Virus record (IMG/VR): IMGVR_UViG_2687453619_000001
Coordinates: 11,484 to 75,483 of that record
Reading direction: 5' to 3' (one strand)
Length of the DNA stretch: 64,000 bases
Source of the DNA: a virus
Taxonomy: Duplodnaviria > Caudoviricetes
Part shown: positions 17,770 to 26,227 of the stretch, in pieces
How positions within the stretch are numbered: the stretch's first letter is position 1
Layout of the letters: each line of letters starts with the position of its first letter
Notes under the pieces: model-generated
What the model was told of the DNA's origin: nothing
Database searches by the model: none
What the model saw: the letters and a program-made list of their open reading frames with translations, nothing else
Made by a program: the position numbers and the translations under genes

Positions 17770-19026
17770 TCAATGGTGCTCATATGGATATTTTTGAATA
17801 TACATTTCGATGACAAGTTCTGCTCGCGTTGTATTTGGATTTTCTGCAAGCTTTTTACGTTTTTCAAAAGGGATCTTTGCGGCAAGTAGTTCGAATTCGA
17901 AGAACGTAAACTTGTGGTCGGTGTCGTCAAAAAAGAGGTGGGCAATTACCTCGTCCGCCGTTTTTCCATAGTTGTTTCCGCCTTCGAAAAAAACCTTCAG
18001 TAGATTTTCGTCAAGACTGAAAGTAGTACCAGCGGGTAGGGCAATTGACGTTCTCGGAACAAGTTTTTGAGATGGAATTTCCCTAGCATCGGGACGGTCG
18101 CCGACCGCAGCAATCGCCTGAAAATCAGCTAGCGCTTTTTGTGATTTGCGACCTAAGTATGGATTTATGACCCCATAGCTTGAGAAGCGTGTCGTTGTCG
18201 TTAGGGGATGTATCACTAGAGATGGAATGTGGATTTGCAGCCAACACAGAAGCACATTGCGACAATCGGTAAGAATTGGGGTTGTTATCGTGGGCTTGGC
18301 GATTTCAATCAATTTTTTTTGGACTACATCTCTAGCATGATCACTAGTCTGCCCGATTGTAAGCCCATTATGAGGAAACGCCGCCTTAGTAACGTCTGCA
18401 GCAATTATTCCATACGCTGCTTTCTTACCATGCTGGCTTGGCATCCGTGCCATTAGTTGTTTCTTCGCCTTTTTTAGATTTTGTTCCAAAGCGTTAGAGC
18501 CTGCAATTCTCTTGCACTCTAAATAGAATATGTGTTCAGGGGAGACTGCAACAACGTCGGTATCAGTCGAAAGGTCTACCTCACATCCCATCTGGCAGAA
18601 GTAGCTAGCTATTCGAAGCTCGAACTGGGTGTTACGTGACACTGTGTCGGTGTCCATTGCAGCAAAATCGCTTCCACTGACAATCATTCGAAGCTTATTG
18701 TCAATACCCGCTGGGATATGTGCTTTGAGGCCCTTAAGAATCCACATAAGTTCGTGTATTTCTCGTAGGACGTACATCTCCCAATCAATTTCACGTTCAA
18801 AGCGTGCATCGGATATATTTTTGAATATCTTGACAGCACTGACAGAATTCGCGGATTCGACGTGCTCAAGGTATTTTATGTAGCGCTCAATTCTCGTGTT
18901 ACGGGTATCAATTCCGCGAGATTCTAGAAGTTCTTGTACGTTCACAATATCCGCTAGGTGGTCGGAGAATCGCAACCCAGGAATGGAGTGGGTTGGCAGT
19001 GGGTAAGAATTTATGTCTTCAGTCAT
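17770..19026 (-). CDS. Hypothetical protein with PD-(D/E)xK-like nuclease motif
   Basis: FELRIASYF...TDVVA...FYLECKR; low GC cargo. Confidence 0.55.
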   Translation of the reverse strand: MTEDINSYPLPTHSIPGLRFSDHLADIVNVQELLESRGIDTRNTRIERYIKYLEHVESANSVSAVKIFKNISDARFEREIDWEMYVLREIHELMWILKGLKAHIPAGIDNKLRMIVSGSDFAAMDTDTVSRNTQFELRIASYFCQMGCEVDLSTDTDVVAVSPEHIFYLECKRIAGSNALEQNLKKAKKQLMARMPSQHGKKAAYGIIAADVTKAAFPHNGLTIGQTSDHARDVVQKKLIEIAKPTITTPILTDCRNVLLCWLQIHIPSLVIHPLTTTTRFSSYGVINPYLGRKSQKALADFQAIAAVGDRPDAREIPSQKLVPRTSIALPAGTTFSLDENLLKVFFEGGNNYGKTADEVIAHLFFDDTDHKFTFFEFELLAAKIPFEKRKKLAENPNTTRAELVIEMYIQKYPYEHH

Positions 19027-19189
19027 CTAGTCGACGTAATTTGTCTCATAGGATTTACGGAGTGCTCTTACTGCTCTCAAGCAAACGAGTGAAACACAAC
19101 CAGATATTTAATGATCATACTGGCAAATTGGCACGAGGTTATCTTCTGCGTCGCTTTTGTTCGATGTAAGATCTCCTGGAGGAGGCTGA

Positions 19190-20197
19190 CTATTCAGCTG
19201 TCTTCTTTTCCCGATGGAGATCCTCGGGCTTTAGATTGGTATACCGTCGTAAATGACGCCAATCTTTATGACCAGTTACCAGCGACACCTGCTGTATTTC
19301 GTAACCTTCTTCAAATAGCCGTGATGTACCTTCATGCCGCAGGTCATGGAAGTGTAGATCTGGAATGCCGAGCTCGTCGCAAGCTTCTTTGAAGTATTTT
19401 GATACGGTCTGTTCATGTACAGGAAATATGCGATCGTTATCCTGGGACTGCCGTTGCACAATGTCCCATGCGTCACCGAGCAGCGGTACCCACTGATCGT
19501 TCCCTTGCTTCTTTCGTGGATCTTTCCGATCACGCACCAGGACCAATTTTTTTTCTGAGTCTAAATCTGTCCAGCACAACTTGACAATTTCACCTCGCCG
19601 CATCGCAGTAGCGATCGCAAATCTGACCAGATCGCTATATGGCTGTTTAAGTTGATTTAGCAGACCGGCTATTTCATCCTCTGTTGGTCGGCGTTCCCGC
19701 TTGCCGCCCCCGCCAATGAGCCCTAGGTGATTCAAAAGGGGGCGGGCCTGGCCCGTGACGTCGGGAAGCGCTATTTTGAGGAACGACCCGGTATAGCGCA
19801 TTACAGTCCCAAGTTTGCTTAATTCCATATTGATGGTGTACGGACCGGCACCTTCTTCCTTCCTCATTTGGCAATATGAAACGAGATCCTGAGTCGAAAG
19901 CGCTCCTGCGCGCTTGTCCCCCAGTCCATCAGACAGGCGTCGAAGCATGTAATGTTCGTTGGCGGTATCGGCAATAGGGCGGGACTGATCTCGGAGCTCG
20001 CGATACGCTTGTATCACTTCATTAACACGAAGTACCCCCGGCTCTGCTACAATTTCGCCGCGGTCGATCTCGGCTTCGCGTTGTCGTGCCCATGCTTCGG
20101 CCTGGGCTTTGGTCTGGAATGTCTTGCACAATCCTTTATGGCCTTTACGACGTATAAGCGCACGCCAAGAAACGCCGATTTTTACTATGCTTGCCAT
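19190..20197 (-). CDS. int: Tyrosine integrase (intact)
   Basis: TAMRRGEI, HFHDLRH, TGHKDW..LRRY catalytic residues. Confidence 0.97.
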   Translation of the reverse strand: MASIVKIGVSWRALIRRKGHKGLCKTFQTKAQAEAWARQREAEIDRGEIVAEPGVLRVNEVIQAYRELRDQSRPIADTANEHYMLRRLSDGLGDKRAGALSTQDLVSYCQMRKEEGAGPYTINMELSKLGTVMRYTGSFLKIALPDVTGQARPLLNHLGLIGGGGKRERRPTEDEIAGLLNQLKQPYSDLVRFAIATAMRRGEIVKLCWTDLDSEKKLVLVRDRKDPRKKQGNDQWVPLLGDAWDIVQRQSQDNDRIFPVHEQTVSKYFKEACDELGIPDLHFHDLRHEGTSRLFEEGYEIQQVSLVTGHKDWRHLRRYTNLKPEDLHREKKTAE

Positions 20198-20227
20198 GTA
20201 TCACTCTCTATATCACTTTGTATCACT
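20197..20227. repeat. Three TRTATCACT direct repeats, putative arm-type integrase sites (prophage 1)
   Basis: TGTATCACT 20197, TATATCACT 20209, TGTATCACT 20219. Confidence 0.6.
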
Positions 20228-20305
20228 GACAGTCTGATACACGATTATATCGAATGAGTGCCTCATAGGAGGAATAGCTAAAATATCAATGGAAATATAT
20301 CCAAT

Positions 20306-20380
20306 CTCGCCATAGTTCAATGGATAGAACGAGTGCCTCCTAAGCGCTAGATACAGGTCCGATTCCTGTTGGCGGGACCA
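20306..20380 (+). tRNA. tRNA-Arg(CCT)
   Basis: Full cloverleaf: acceptor CTCGCCA/TGGCGGG, anticodon CCT 20339-20341, encoded CCA; T-loop reads TCCGATT. Confidence 0.93.
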
Positions 20381-20415
20381 GACAGCCCTTATTTCATGCG
20401 CCTTGCAGGGGATAT

Positions 20416-20435
20416 TGGCGTAATTCTGGCGTAAT
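20416..20435. repeat. Two TGGCGTAAT direct repeats, putative arm-type sites (prophage 2)
   Basis: Copies at 20416 and 20427, 35 bp after the tRNA 3' end. Confidence 0.5.
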
Positions 20436-20547
20436 CATAATAATTTGCCGCAGTCTGCTGGCCAGCGCGGAAAGTGTGGCGCTGAAGTGGCTGTTTCTCT
20501 CCCCCCAGACAAGCAAGTGCCGAAAATAAGGTACGCCTCGGGAAAAC

Positions 20548-20822
20548 GGTAACATTAGTAACCTTTTTTGAAAATCGGCCGCAAAGCATTGTCGCATAAG
20601 GCTTTGTCGGTTTCGATAAAAGGTAACTTCGGGGTAACCTAGGGGTAACATGGTTACCATAGTAGAAGGTAATATAGCTAAAAAATAATAGTTATATATA
20701 TCAATAATTTAGATGCAAGTTACCTTTTGGGTTACCAAAGATTACCTTTCAAAGGTAACTACCTAATTCTATATAAATCAGGCACTTACAAAGGGAAAAA
20801 CCGACAGGTTACCAAGGTTACC
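20548..20822. repeat. GGTAAC/GTTACC iteron array, putative replication origin
   Basis: 10 exact and 3 one-mismatch copies around an AT-rich core; IHF-like sites at 20699-20711 and 20776-20788. Confidence 0.7.
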
Positions 20823-21005
20823 TTTCCCCCGCGGTCAAACCTGAAATCGGCTTTTCTTTGCTTCCGTCCGTCCCTCGTTTTTACGCCTCCGCCTGCGTCG
20901 TTTTGCGTCACTTTTTTGCGACGTATTTGTGCCCTTCGCCGGCAGGTTTCTCCTATGTGCGTCACCTCTGGAAATTTGAGTCGAAAGCGACCAATTTAGC
21001 GGGCA

Positions 21006-21031
21006 GGCGTGGCGGGGGGATGACTGCGCGC
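21006..21031 (+). other. cos site 1
   Basis: GGCGTGGCGGGGGGATGAC-TGCGCGC, similar to P2 cos GGCGAGGCGGGGAAAGCAC-TGCGCGC. Confidence 0.8.
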
Positions 21032-21146
21032 GCCGACTCATAATGCCGGTTCTAGCCCTGCGTACCTTACTCGCAACAGTTGAAATTACTTGCAATATAA
21101 TTAATCTTCTGTAAAGATAGCCTCGAAGCAATTTTAGGGACTGGCT

Positions 21147-21764
21147 ATGGCAATGCGGAAGATTGTCGTTGTAGGCGACAAGACAACTACAAACGGTGTG
21201 ATCCTGCCGAATGCAAATTCAACTTTCTCTCTTGGCGACGCCGGACACAAGGCGGCGCTAATCGGTGGGCCGGTGCAATGTCTTGCCTGTAAGAGCGAGG
21301 GAGTCATTGCTAAGGCCGGAGGACCGCGCCGGATGCAATTTATGGGCGAGGTCGCACTGGAAGACGATATCGTCATTTGCGGCTGTCCTGTCCATCCGAA
21401 GCTCGTAGCGAGTCTCCATCAAACAATGACCTACGATGACGGCATAGAGTCATCAGGGCCCGTATCACCTCCTACAGGGGCCGGTGCAGCGTCTGCTGCC
21501 GTTGCAGCGGCTACAGCAGCTGCCTCTTCTGGCGGTACTCAAGATACCCAAGAAAAGCAAGGCAAGCGTTTCCTATTCCAAGATAGCGAAACTGGGAAGC
21601 CATTGGCGAACCGTGCATATCTTGCCAAAGTTGGCGGCGCTCAGCAGAGCGGCGTGACTGATGGTGATGGATACGCCAATGTTGATGCAGCGCCTGGAGA
21701 GGCGATTCAATTACATTTGATATTCCAAGCGCCAACAGGCGCATTGAAGCACGGAGAGGCTTGA
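21147..21764 (+). CDS. PAAR-domain protein with C-terminal adaptor-like extension
   Basis: VGDKTTTNG..CLAC..GEVALEDD..CGCP; tail DSETGKPLAN..GVTDGDGY. Confidence 0.85.
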   Translation: MAMRKIVVVGDKTTTNGVILPNANSTFSLGDAGHKAALIGGPVQCLACKSEGVIAKAGGPRRMQFMGEVALEDDIVICGCPVHPKLVASLHQTMTYDDGIESSGPVSPPTGAGAASAAVAAATAAASSGGTQDTQEKQGKRFLFQDSETGKPLANRAYLAKVGGAQQSGVTDGDGYANVDAAPGEAIQLHLIFQAPTGALKHGEA

Positions 21765-21765
21765 G

Positions 21766-22491
21766 ATGGGAACAGACGCGCATTACACGCCGACGCAGTG
21801 GGCAACTGCTTTTACAGAGTCAGACTACATATGCAAGCCGTTCAAGCTGGTTACTGTCAATGACAGAGCAGCTACCCGGGAAGCAATCATTACTCGTGTT
21901 CGACAGCAAGGCATGGAGTTCGTAGAGCGATCCAGCTGGGCCGCGCATAAGAACCGCTCAGAAAAAATGAAGGACGACTGGAATTACACCAAGATCGCCA
22001 TCCATCATGCCGGACGTAGCTTCTCCTGCGGGCCTGCCGCACTACAGTTGCAGGAAATCCAAGGCGAACAAATGCAACGTATCTCAGCGGACGATATTGG
22101 TTATCACTATGCCCTTGATTGTTTCGGAAACGTCTTTGAGGGCCGAGATATCCGGTTCAAGGGAGAGCATGTGCATAACTACAATACCGGCGTTATTGGC
22201 ATCGTCCTGCTGGAAAATTTGGCCGAACCGGAAGAAGGCGGCGATACCGTATCTGCCGTGAGAAAATTTTTTAGTGCAATGGGTGCAAATGAACAGCCTG
22301 CAGTACCGACAGCACAAAGCGAATCAGCTACAAAATTCATCGCCATATTGCGCGAATTCTTCGCCATTACTACCCTGGGTGGGCATAGAGAATTCCCTGG
22401 GCAGACTCGGGAAGGGAAGATTTGCCCCGGTAACGTAGGTCTATCTTTTGTGAAAAAAGCTCGTGCTGCCAGCGGACTTGCAGCGCCATAA
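21766..22491 (+). CDS. PGRP/T7-lysozyme-like N-acetylmuramoyl-L-alanine amidase
   Basis: IAIHHAG, DIGYHY, FEGR, GHREF, KICPG (H/H/C zinc ligands); no signal peptide. Confidence 0.88.
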   Translation: MGTDAHYTPTQWATAFTESDYICKPFKLVTVNDRAATREAIITRVRQQGMEFVERSSWAAHKNRSEKMKDDWNYTKIAIHHAGRSFSCGPAALQLQEIQGEQMQRISADDIGYHYALDCFGNVFEGRDIRFKGEHVHNYNTGVIGIVLLENLAEPEEGGDTVSAVRKFFSAMGANEQPAVPTAQSESATKFIAILREFFAITTLGGHREFPGQTREGKICPGNVGLSFVKKARAASGLAAP

Positions 22492-22508
22492 CGGAACAAC
22501 CAAATTCA

Positions 22509-22835
22509 ATGCAAAAACCATTCAATAGAAAAATCATTTACGTAGCGACTTTGGTCTTCGTACTGCTGATTGCTTGGCTGTTCACAGGATACGTGCGCTC
22601 GTATCTGGATGACGAACAGCAAACCTCATTTTTCATCAAGAAATTTCCTACCTTTCAATTGGAGTTTGTCGATCCTTTTGCTAATGAGGGCGATAGTCCT
22701 GCCATCGCTGACCTTTCCACCGTGGATAGAAAATCGCTTGTTGACTACTGCAAATATCGCTTTGGCGTAACGTCAGGCAGCGATGAAGCGCTGGATGACT
22801 GCGCTAAGAATATTCCCGGTTACTTGAAACAGTGA
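22509..22835 (+). CDS. Membrane-anchored protein, putative immunity protein
   Basis: N-terminal TM helix, two Cys, directly after the amidase. Confidence 0.55.
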   Translation: MQKPFNRKIIYVATLVFVLLIAWLFTGYVRSYLDDEQQTSFFIKKFPTFQLEFVDPFANEGDSPAIADLSTVDRKSLVDYCKYRFGVTSGSDEALDDCAKNIPGYLKQ

Positions 22836-22920
22836 TAGTGATAGTGCCAAGTCTCTAACCAAGCGGCATCATGAGGAAAGTGCATTTGACAAGGCCGGCA
22901 GGATTACTACACGCACTGGC

Positions 22921-23208
22921 TTAGTCAACGTTCCCGCGAATCAGTTTCTTAACGGCTTCGTACGTGTCTTCAACTTGCAGAGTCCGCACGGACCGAAACA
23001 CAGTTCCATCTCCGTTAAGCTCGGGGTCAACTTGGTCATCAGGTTCAAGTAGCGTGATTATGGTCTTGGCACCGAATTCCCCGTAATACTCGTGCATGTC
23101 TACAAAGGTAGTAATCTGATCGACTCGGATACTGCCTTTTCGCGTTGGAGCGCCTACCGATTCTTTGGAATCGCTGCGAATGGTTACTTCAATGAAGTGT
23201 GTGTTCAT
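22921..23208 (-). CDS. Hypothetical protein
   Basis: AAAGGTGA RBS before ATG 23208; last gene of SRAP cluster. Confidence 0.6.
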   Translation of the reverse strand: MNTHFIEVTIRSDSKESVGAPTRKGSIRVDQITTFVDMHEYYGEFGAKTIITLLEPDDQVDPELNGDGTVFRSVRTLQVEDTYEAVKKLIRGNVD

Positions 23209-23230
23209 GGTTTCACCTTTTCTTTGAAAA

Positions 23231-23914
23231 TTAGAACAATGTGCCGTTTGATTCGACACGTTTCGTCGTTGATTTTCTCGGGGGTGCTGGTGCCGGCGCA
23301 GCTTTCATCAGCGCGGGCGGGTATAGCTGGAGATATGCTCTAGCGCGTTCAGGATCAGTGCATTCTAACCAGTCGCTGTAGTCGGATTCCGGCACGATCA
23401 CCAATGACCGTTTTTCATCGTCTGGCTTGTGGAATCGCTTCATCAGTGGATGGTCGTCGGCATTGACTGTAATTTGCGTGAATGAGTGTGTTGTTGATCC
23501 ATCAGGCTCATGCCATACACGCCACATGCCGGCGACTGCAAACGACGCCTGATCAGCCATTCCAATGCTCCACCGAACGGCCGAGCCAGTCTCGTAACAA
23601 GGCTCATAGAACGATTCCATCGGGATTAGACAAAGCTGCGCCGCACGCCAGTACTTTGCAAAGCTCGGCTTTTGTCCTATCGTCTCGGCCCGCGCATTCA
23701 TGGTTGAGAATTTTTTGATACCTGGCGGAATATGTCGCTTTGGCACCATCGCATAGCTGGCTAGGATCACTTCGTTGCCGCCGGCACCGCGGCGAATTAT
23801 CGGGGCATCGTAGTCATTGTAAATTTCGTTCGGCCAGTCTAAGCCATTGGGCATCATGGCCTTGAAAATCGGCGGCAAACGGTCACGCGGCGTTGCATTG
23901 TAATTTGTACACAT
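23231..23914 (-). CDS. SOS response-associated peptidase (SRAP/YedK family)
   Basis: N-terminal MC, NARAET, FYEP, HPLMKRFHKP..EKRS. Confidence 0.9.
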   Translation of the reverse strand: MCTNYNATPRDRLPPIFKAMMPNGLDWPNEIYNDYDAPIIRRGAGGNEVILASYAMVPKRHIPPGIKKFSTMNARAETIGQKPSFAKYWRAAQLCLIPMESFYEPCYETGSAVRWSIGMADQASFAVAGMWRVWHEPDGSTTHSFTQITVNADDHPLMKRFHKPDDEKRSLVIVPESDYSDWLECTDPERARAYLQLYPPALMKAAPAPAPPRKSTTKRVESNGTLF

Positions 23915-23943
23915 AGTTCGACTCTCCATACAGCAGATGCGAT

Positions 23944-24285
23944 CTAGTCTATCAACACCGCCGCTTTTTGTTGCGTCGTCATTTCCAAAATTTTAATCCG
24001 CCAACTCTGCGCGAAGGTTTGCCCTGTGACCTCATCCTTCTGAAGACCACTTAAAAGCATGTGATCCTTGTAGATGCCAAGCACGGCCACATCCTGCAAG
24101 GGTGGCAGCGAATCAAATTCGCCATTCAGAAGACGCGCAACGTGATAAGTCCGCTCCGCCAAGTATTCACTCTTTTGGCGCTCAATGCGAAGTTCTCCGC
24201 ACAGACAATTCATTTTGCGCTTGTCCAGCGCTTTCTGGTCAAGGGTGCGCCCCTCATCCCAAAGGCTCTCCACTCTGACAAACAT
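23944..24285 (-). CDS. Hypothetical protein
   Basis: 113-aa ORF immediately upstream of SRAP, same strand. Confidence 0.65.
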   Translation of the reverse strand: MFVRVESLWDEGRTLDQKALDKRKMNCLCGELRIERQKSEYLAERTYHVARLLNGEFDSLPPLQDVAVLGIYKDHMLLSGLQKDEVTGQTFAQSWRIKILEMTTQQKAAVLID

Positions 24286-24373
24286 TTTTCACTCCAAATA
24301 TTTGATTTATAGAAACATGGAAAATTGACCCCGCAACAGCTAGCAGTACAGCGCCGGCAATGCGATAAGCGAA

Positions 24374-24685
24374 TCAATGAACCCTGTGAAATGCGTCGTA
24401 GATCATTGAAAACGCGCAGGCAATCGCACTTGATTCGCCAAAGTCGACCAGGTCATCATTCAGCGGATAGTTGAAAACCCCGGAGTGCCTAATCAAGTTG
24501 ATGTAGGCTGGCTGGAGGTCGTCGGCGCGGTTCAATTCGGCCAGCACTTCGCCTTCAATCGAATGGATTAACCGCCAGGTAAGCGGCTGCCCCTCGGTGC
24601 GGTGGCGGGTGACTATTATCGCAATAATTGGTTCTGCTCGAGCAATTACTGCATCAAATTCGTTCATGTTGGTAAGGCGCATCAT
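24374..24685 (-). CDS. Hypothetical protein
   Basis: GGAG RBS before ATG; first gene downstream of the SOS-box-like sites. Confidence 0.6.
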   Translation of the reverse strand: MMRLTNMNEFDAVIARAEPIIAIIVTRHRTEGQPLTWRLIHSIEGEVLAELNRADDLQPAYINLIRHSGVFNYPLNDDLVDFGESSAIACAFSMIYDAFHRVH

Positions 24686-24704
24686 TTTCTCCAAAGCACA
24701 AATA

Positions 24705-24722
24705 TACTGTATATATACAGTA
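24705..24722. promoter_or_regulatory. LexA-box-like perfect palindrome (2 bp short)
   Basis: TACTGTATATATACAGTA = CTGT-N6-ACAG rather than canonical N8. Confidence 0.45.
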
Positions 24723-24875
24723 TAAACGCTTATCGAGCTTTTGCAAAAATTCCGCGCAAAGTGCGTTATTTTGCGCCAAGCCGTTGCAGGTGGTTTCCCG
24801 GCGCACCCAGCACAGCTCGGGGGCTTGGCGTTTTTGCGAACTGCGTTAGAAGAAGTGCATTAAACGAAGCCGGCA

Positions 24876-24903
24876 GGCGCGGCGGGGGGGATGACGGCGC
24901 GCC
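24876..24903 (+). other. cos-like site 2
   Basis: GGCGCGGCGGGGGGGATGAC-GGCGCGCC; near-copy of site 1 with one extra G. Confidence 0.65.
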
Positions 24904-24923
24904 GACCGTCAAATGCTCCTATA

Positions 24924-24943
24924 TACTGTGTATGAACACAGTG
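24924..24943. promoter_or_regulatory. LexA (SOS) box
   Basis: TACTGT-GTATGAAC-ACAGTG, canonical CTGT-N8-ACAG. Confidence 0.7.
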
Positions 24944-25162
24944 TATTGCTAAAAATGCATTGGTAAATCATCTGTCCTAAATCTATGTCCCGAAAGAGGG
25001 GCCGCACGATGCTTTATAATTCAGCGGATTTGCCCGCCAGTGGGTTGGCGGCCAGGCAGAATGGCGTTACGCGTGATGGTAAATTTGGAATTTAAGGGGT
25101 AGCAAGGAAAAATCTTTATTCAACAATCAGTCGCCCTTGGGCACTCTGCCGTGAGAACAGGG

Positions 25163-26227
25163 ATGAAAAATCTAAAATATTGTGTGTTCGGAGATGTTGA
25201 TCTTGCAGATAAATTTTTCGATTCTTTAAAAGAAGACTATGCTGAGTTCAGTGATTGGTTCGAACGCAAAGCTGCAAGTCAGGAAATGGCCTACGTGTTC
25301 TATCGAGCGCGTGAAGAAATTGATGGTTTTTTGTACCTAAAGACTGAGGTTGGAGTTGTTGCAGACATCGTCCCACCATTAGCATATGGTCGCCATCTAA
25401 AAGTCGGCACACTGAAGATTAATGCTCATGGAACAAAGCTCGGCGAACGATTCATAAAAAAGATACTCGATCATGCGGTGCTTGACGGTGTTGATGATGT
25501 GTACGTAACCGTGTTCGAAAAACATGAGAATTTGATTGATCTCATTACCAGATATGGTTTTGAGAGACATGCAGAAAAGCAAGGGAGAAATGGCGTCGAA
25601 CTAGTGTTTCTCCGAAAAATGAAAGAGGCGCAAGGTGATGTTCTCAAAGACTATCCCTATATCTTGCCCGATCATGGAAACGCCTTTTTGCTTGGAATCT
25701 ACCCCCAATACCATACTCGATTTCTTCCCGATTCAAAATTGCACAATGAATCGTTTGACATACTAAAAGACGTTTCACACACCAATAGCATTCACAAGAT
25801 TTTCATTTCTGGAGTTGCCGCGACAGGCAAGCTAAGTGCTGGTGATATCTTGGTCATGTATCGCACAAATGATGGGAAGGGAGGGGGTAAGGCCTACTAT
25901 CGTTCCGTTGCCACATCAATATGCGTCGTTGAGGAAGCAAGAAAAATAAAAAGCTTCGATACGAAAGGTGAGTTTATGCGCTATGTTAAGCCGTACAGTG
26001 TTTTTGATAGTGCCGAATTGGAAGACTATTTTCATAATAAAAAGCGCCGCACAATAATTAAATTTACGTATAACGCAGCTTTGACTAAACGAATTATCCG
26101 TGGCAATTTGATCCAAGAAATTGGTATCTCCTCTAAGAGTCGCTGGGATTTTTTGAAGTTAACCAAAGAACAGCTGTATCAAATAATACAAGTTGGAGAA
26201 TTAAATGAGAATTTTATTATCAATTAA
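25163..26227 (+). CDS. GNAT acetyltransferase fused to PUA/ASCH-like domain
   Basis: LKVGTLKINAHGTKLGERFI..YVTVF..RYGF GNAT; C-terminal PQYHTRF..GDILVMYRT. Confidence 0.7.
   Translation: MKNLKYCVFGDVDLADKFFDSLKEDYAEFSDWFERKAASQEMAYVFYRAREEIDGFLYLKTEVGVVADIVPPLAYGRHLKVGTLKINAHGTKLGERFIKKILDHAVLDGVDDVYVTVFEKHENLIDLITRYGFERHAEKQGRNGVELVFLRKMKEAQGDVLKDYPYILPDHGNAFLLGIYPQYHTRFLPDSKLHNESFDILKDVSHTNSIHKIFISGVAATGKLSAGDILVMYRTNDGKGGGKAYYRSVATSICVVEEARKIKSFDTKGEFMRYVKPYSVFDSAELEDYFHNKKRRTIIKFTYNAALTKRIIRGNLIQEIGISSKSRWDFLKLTKEQLYQIIQVGELNENFIIN

Larger units (their letters stand above)
1..20305. mobile_element. P2-like prophage 1 (right part; left end outside window)
   Basis: Gene order V-W-J-I-H-tfa-FI-FII-E-T-U-D, then repressor, ogr, primase-helicase, xis-like, integrase, ending at tRNA-Arg. 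Confidence 0.95.

Noticed and set aside
20548-20822. CRISPR array
   Set aside because: Repeats are 6 bp in both orientations with irregular gaps; no cas genes.
21147-21764. PAAR as the tip of this phage's own tail spike
   Set aside because: Both gpV proteins end in the HxH self-capping motif and the PAAR gene lies outside the late operons; disfavoured but not excluded.
22831-22846. AGTGAT tandem repeat resembling the reverse of the TATCACT arm sites
   Set aside because: Under three units at a stop codon and far from any att site; probably chance or slippage.
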